From Isurus oxyrinchus (Eukaryota), in NCBI GenBank assembly GCA_026770705.1, contig JANJGN010000013.1, positions 58,590,001 to 58,654,000 on the forward strand: 64,000 nucleotides of DNA, given 5' to 3'. Both the position numbers and the translations under genes were made by a program. Shown here one piece after another: positions 61,574-64,000 of this stretch. Each line of letters begins with the position of its first letter. Positions within the stretch are counted from its first letter, which is position 1. The notes beneath the pieces are model-generated. The model saw nothing but the letters and a program-made list of their open reading frames with translations, was not told the origin of the DNA and made no database searches.

Positions 61574-62675
61574 GTAAGTAGCCTTTACTCGATGCATTCT
61601 GAACACTGGATATTGTTTATTTTGTGCGGCAAGTGGCCAAATTCAGTCTCATTTGGATTATTAATATGGTGTGAGGGAAATGGCACATTGGTGTTTTGGT
61701 GATCGGTTTGTTAGGGATATGAAACAATCATAAAATGTAAAGGCGACGGATCAATTTTCCATGGTGAGATTCACCTTTCCAGCAGAGATTAGAGCGAATA
61801 CTAATTTGAATTTTTCAATCAGAGTTTAATCAGAGGTTAAGATGGAATATAACACACTAGATATAGAGTAAAAACACACGGCCCCGTGCAGAGTAGTGAG
61901 TACCGATCGGGATCGGGCAGGAAAACTGTCATGCGTCAAGAGCTCGCTCTTTTTTTTCCTCATGTCTTCAGGACATTTCAGACTAACCCAGATCTACCTT
62001 TGAGGAGCTTCTCTCCTCTGTTTACTGCACTGAGGCCTGCCAAAGTCTATTACTTTCATAACCATTTTCGGGCATGGGCCTGGATGGATTATTGACAGGC
62101 GTTATGAATCTATAAAGATGTACTTTATTTCGAAATACTCTGTAGTGCGTCGAGTTCTTTTTGAAAACCTGTCTTTAATGTTATCCACCTGCTATTAACT
62201 GCTTGAGCTTCCGACCTACCTTTTGCCTTGAACAATCAGGTCTAGGCCGGACATCATCCTCTCCTTATCTCACATCAAGTTGTTCTCTCTGATTCGAAAC
62301 ATGCCACCTCCACCCTTTAAAACTAACGTGCAGACATTCAGTGTATTCGTACCTGTCTTATTACCATTTATTTATGCCCAAAGCTGTTCATAAGGTCTGT
62401 TAACAAGTTAGCCTTATTTCTTATCACATTTAAACCATAGTGTTGTTCATAAAGTGACTTCTATTCTATTGACATACATTAATTAATTGTTGTATTTTGG
62501 CAAACATCTTCATTAGGCAAGTTTAAATGAAAAGCCCAACACAGCTTTGTAGCATGTTTGTGTGTTTAACCATCTACCCAGTTGCTCCCACACGTTTGCA
62601 GAGGCCTCGTCTATTTAACTAACTGGTAGATAAAAACAGAATTAAAAATGCCCCACGAATAACAAATATTCTTTT

Positions 62676-62905
62676 TTTATTCATTCATGGAATGTGGGCA
62701 TCGCTGGCTAGGCCAGCATTTATTGCCTATCCCTAAATGCCCTTGTTCAGAGGGCATTTAGGAGTCAACCACAATGCTGTGGGTTTGCAGTCACATGTAG
62801 GCCAGACCAGGTAAGGAAGAGAGATTTCCTTCCACAAAAGAGACTAGTGAACCAGATCGGTTTTTACAACAATCGGCGATGGTTTCATCGTCATCATTAG
62901 GCTTT
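62676..62905 (-). mobile_element. HE1-like SINE (head missing) downstream of cluster 2 J
   Basis: Tail GCTGGCTAGGCCAGCATTTATTGC shared with the HER1-like LINE at 29000; body shared with 20507-20860. Confidence 0.75.
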
Positions 62906-63160
62906 TAATCCCAGATTGCAAAACAAAAAGAGCCAAAGGAATAGACAGAAAGATAGACAAAGAAAAAGAAAAAAAATGGGATATGGAGAGGAGAGCGAGA
63001 AAGCATATTGGTGCACTGAGAAAATAGGGATGCTAATTTCGAAGGACGATAATAAACATTAGGAGCTTCTTTAATATTCCAAAATAACATCGATTTTAGG
63101 AGAAACTTCTGATAACAGGCACTGTTTCTCACCAGGAGGAAGTTTTGCTCTGTAACCTAT

Positions 63161-63416
63161 GTGTAACGAAATCCTTTATAAAGGGTTTGCGATTTCATTA
63201 CATTAGAGCTCAGAGCGAAAACTCCGTTATACATTAATGCGATGCTGACAATTGTCCATTTTCTTACTAGCAGAAGTTTCGATGTACAAAATAATCCGCT
63301 GAGACTCTGCAGTTGGAATGTTATGTACCATCTGAGTGTGCAAGTATACGAACGGCCCTATAGAAACAATAAGGCGAGACTGGATTGACGCCCATCCACA
63401 CGGTTAAAGCTATAAA
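63161..63416 (+). repeat. Non-coding block in the putative cluster 2 J-C intron, homologous to 41322-41560
   Basis: Same ordered anchors as listed for 41322-41560. Confidence 0.8.
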
Positions 63417-64000
63417 AGGGAAAGCATTTATTTTCCTACCTATTATTCGGCAAATAGTCTTACAAAATGATTTTCAATTTAACCAACAGTTGCAGGTCTG
63501 TATGCAAATATTGGTATTAGAGACACAGATGGAAAGAGCTTCCAGTTAGTATTCTTCCGGACTTCGTGCAGGGTGGTAGGCTTGAAATTTGCAGAAAAAG
63601 GGTCAAAGAATAATTTTCTATCTTTACACGTCGTTGATATTATGTTCTTCAAGACAACAAACATTTTACTTCTTTGTGTGTCCAGCATTCTGGAGTTCTT
63701 TTGCAATCACATTTTAGCCAATATTTGAAGATTATTATTCTTCAGAATTTAAACGTTGTGCAGCAATCGGCTCCCTTTCTACACTAAATGCAATAAATAG
63801 CAAATTTGTTTGTAAAGAAAGGATTTGCAATGTAATAATGTTTTAGTTTTGTTCATTGAAAGGTATGAGTTTGATAACAAAGGGTCTGGACCTTGATTTC
63901 AAGGGATTTAATGTCTTCCATGTACCCTTGATGTGATTTAAGGTCGAAAAGAAGCAATATGCTTTTAAATTGCGTCTTTCACGATCTCAGGAAAAACGTT

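Overview
Repeat-rich genomic DNA from a cartilaginous fish, most likely a shark (species not determinable from sequence alone), covering part of an immunoglobulin light-chain multicluster locus. It holds two divergently oriented, germline-joined VJ lambda-like (type II) genes. The minus-strand gene is intact (leader 27622-27574, VJ 27460-27104, C 25034-24706). The plus-strand gene (leader 61089-61140, VJ 61232-61573) has its first V-domain cysteine codon replaced by TGA, and its C exon is not in the window. The first 17.8 kb is a head-to-tail stack of three decayed Tx1-clade non-LTR retrotransposons, one of them a mosaic of the other two types. Next comes a multimeric tRNA-Thr-headed SINE-like array with a candidate 14-bp target-site duplication (TSD). 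Four Penelope-like insertions carry minimal hammerhead-type motifs; three are fold-back structures with 14-bp TSDs. A 4.2-kb LTR element has no recognisable gag/pol but carries a decayed coiled-coil frame resembling the UACA/RAI14 family. The rest is two Gmr1-type Gypsy elements (one full-length, one heavily deleted and nested), a solo LTR, a MITE and many CR1/HER1/L2 LINE and HE1/Deu SINE remnants. The best leads are the captured coiled-coil LTR element, the tRNA-headed multimer, the palindromic ribozyme-bearing Penelope inserts, the self-stacking Tx1 array and a 240-bp non-coding block shared between the putative J-C intron of the plus-strand gene and an orphan site. Family names come from recalled motifs; no database searches were run.
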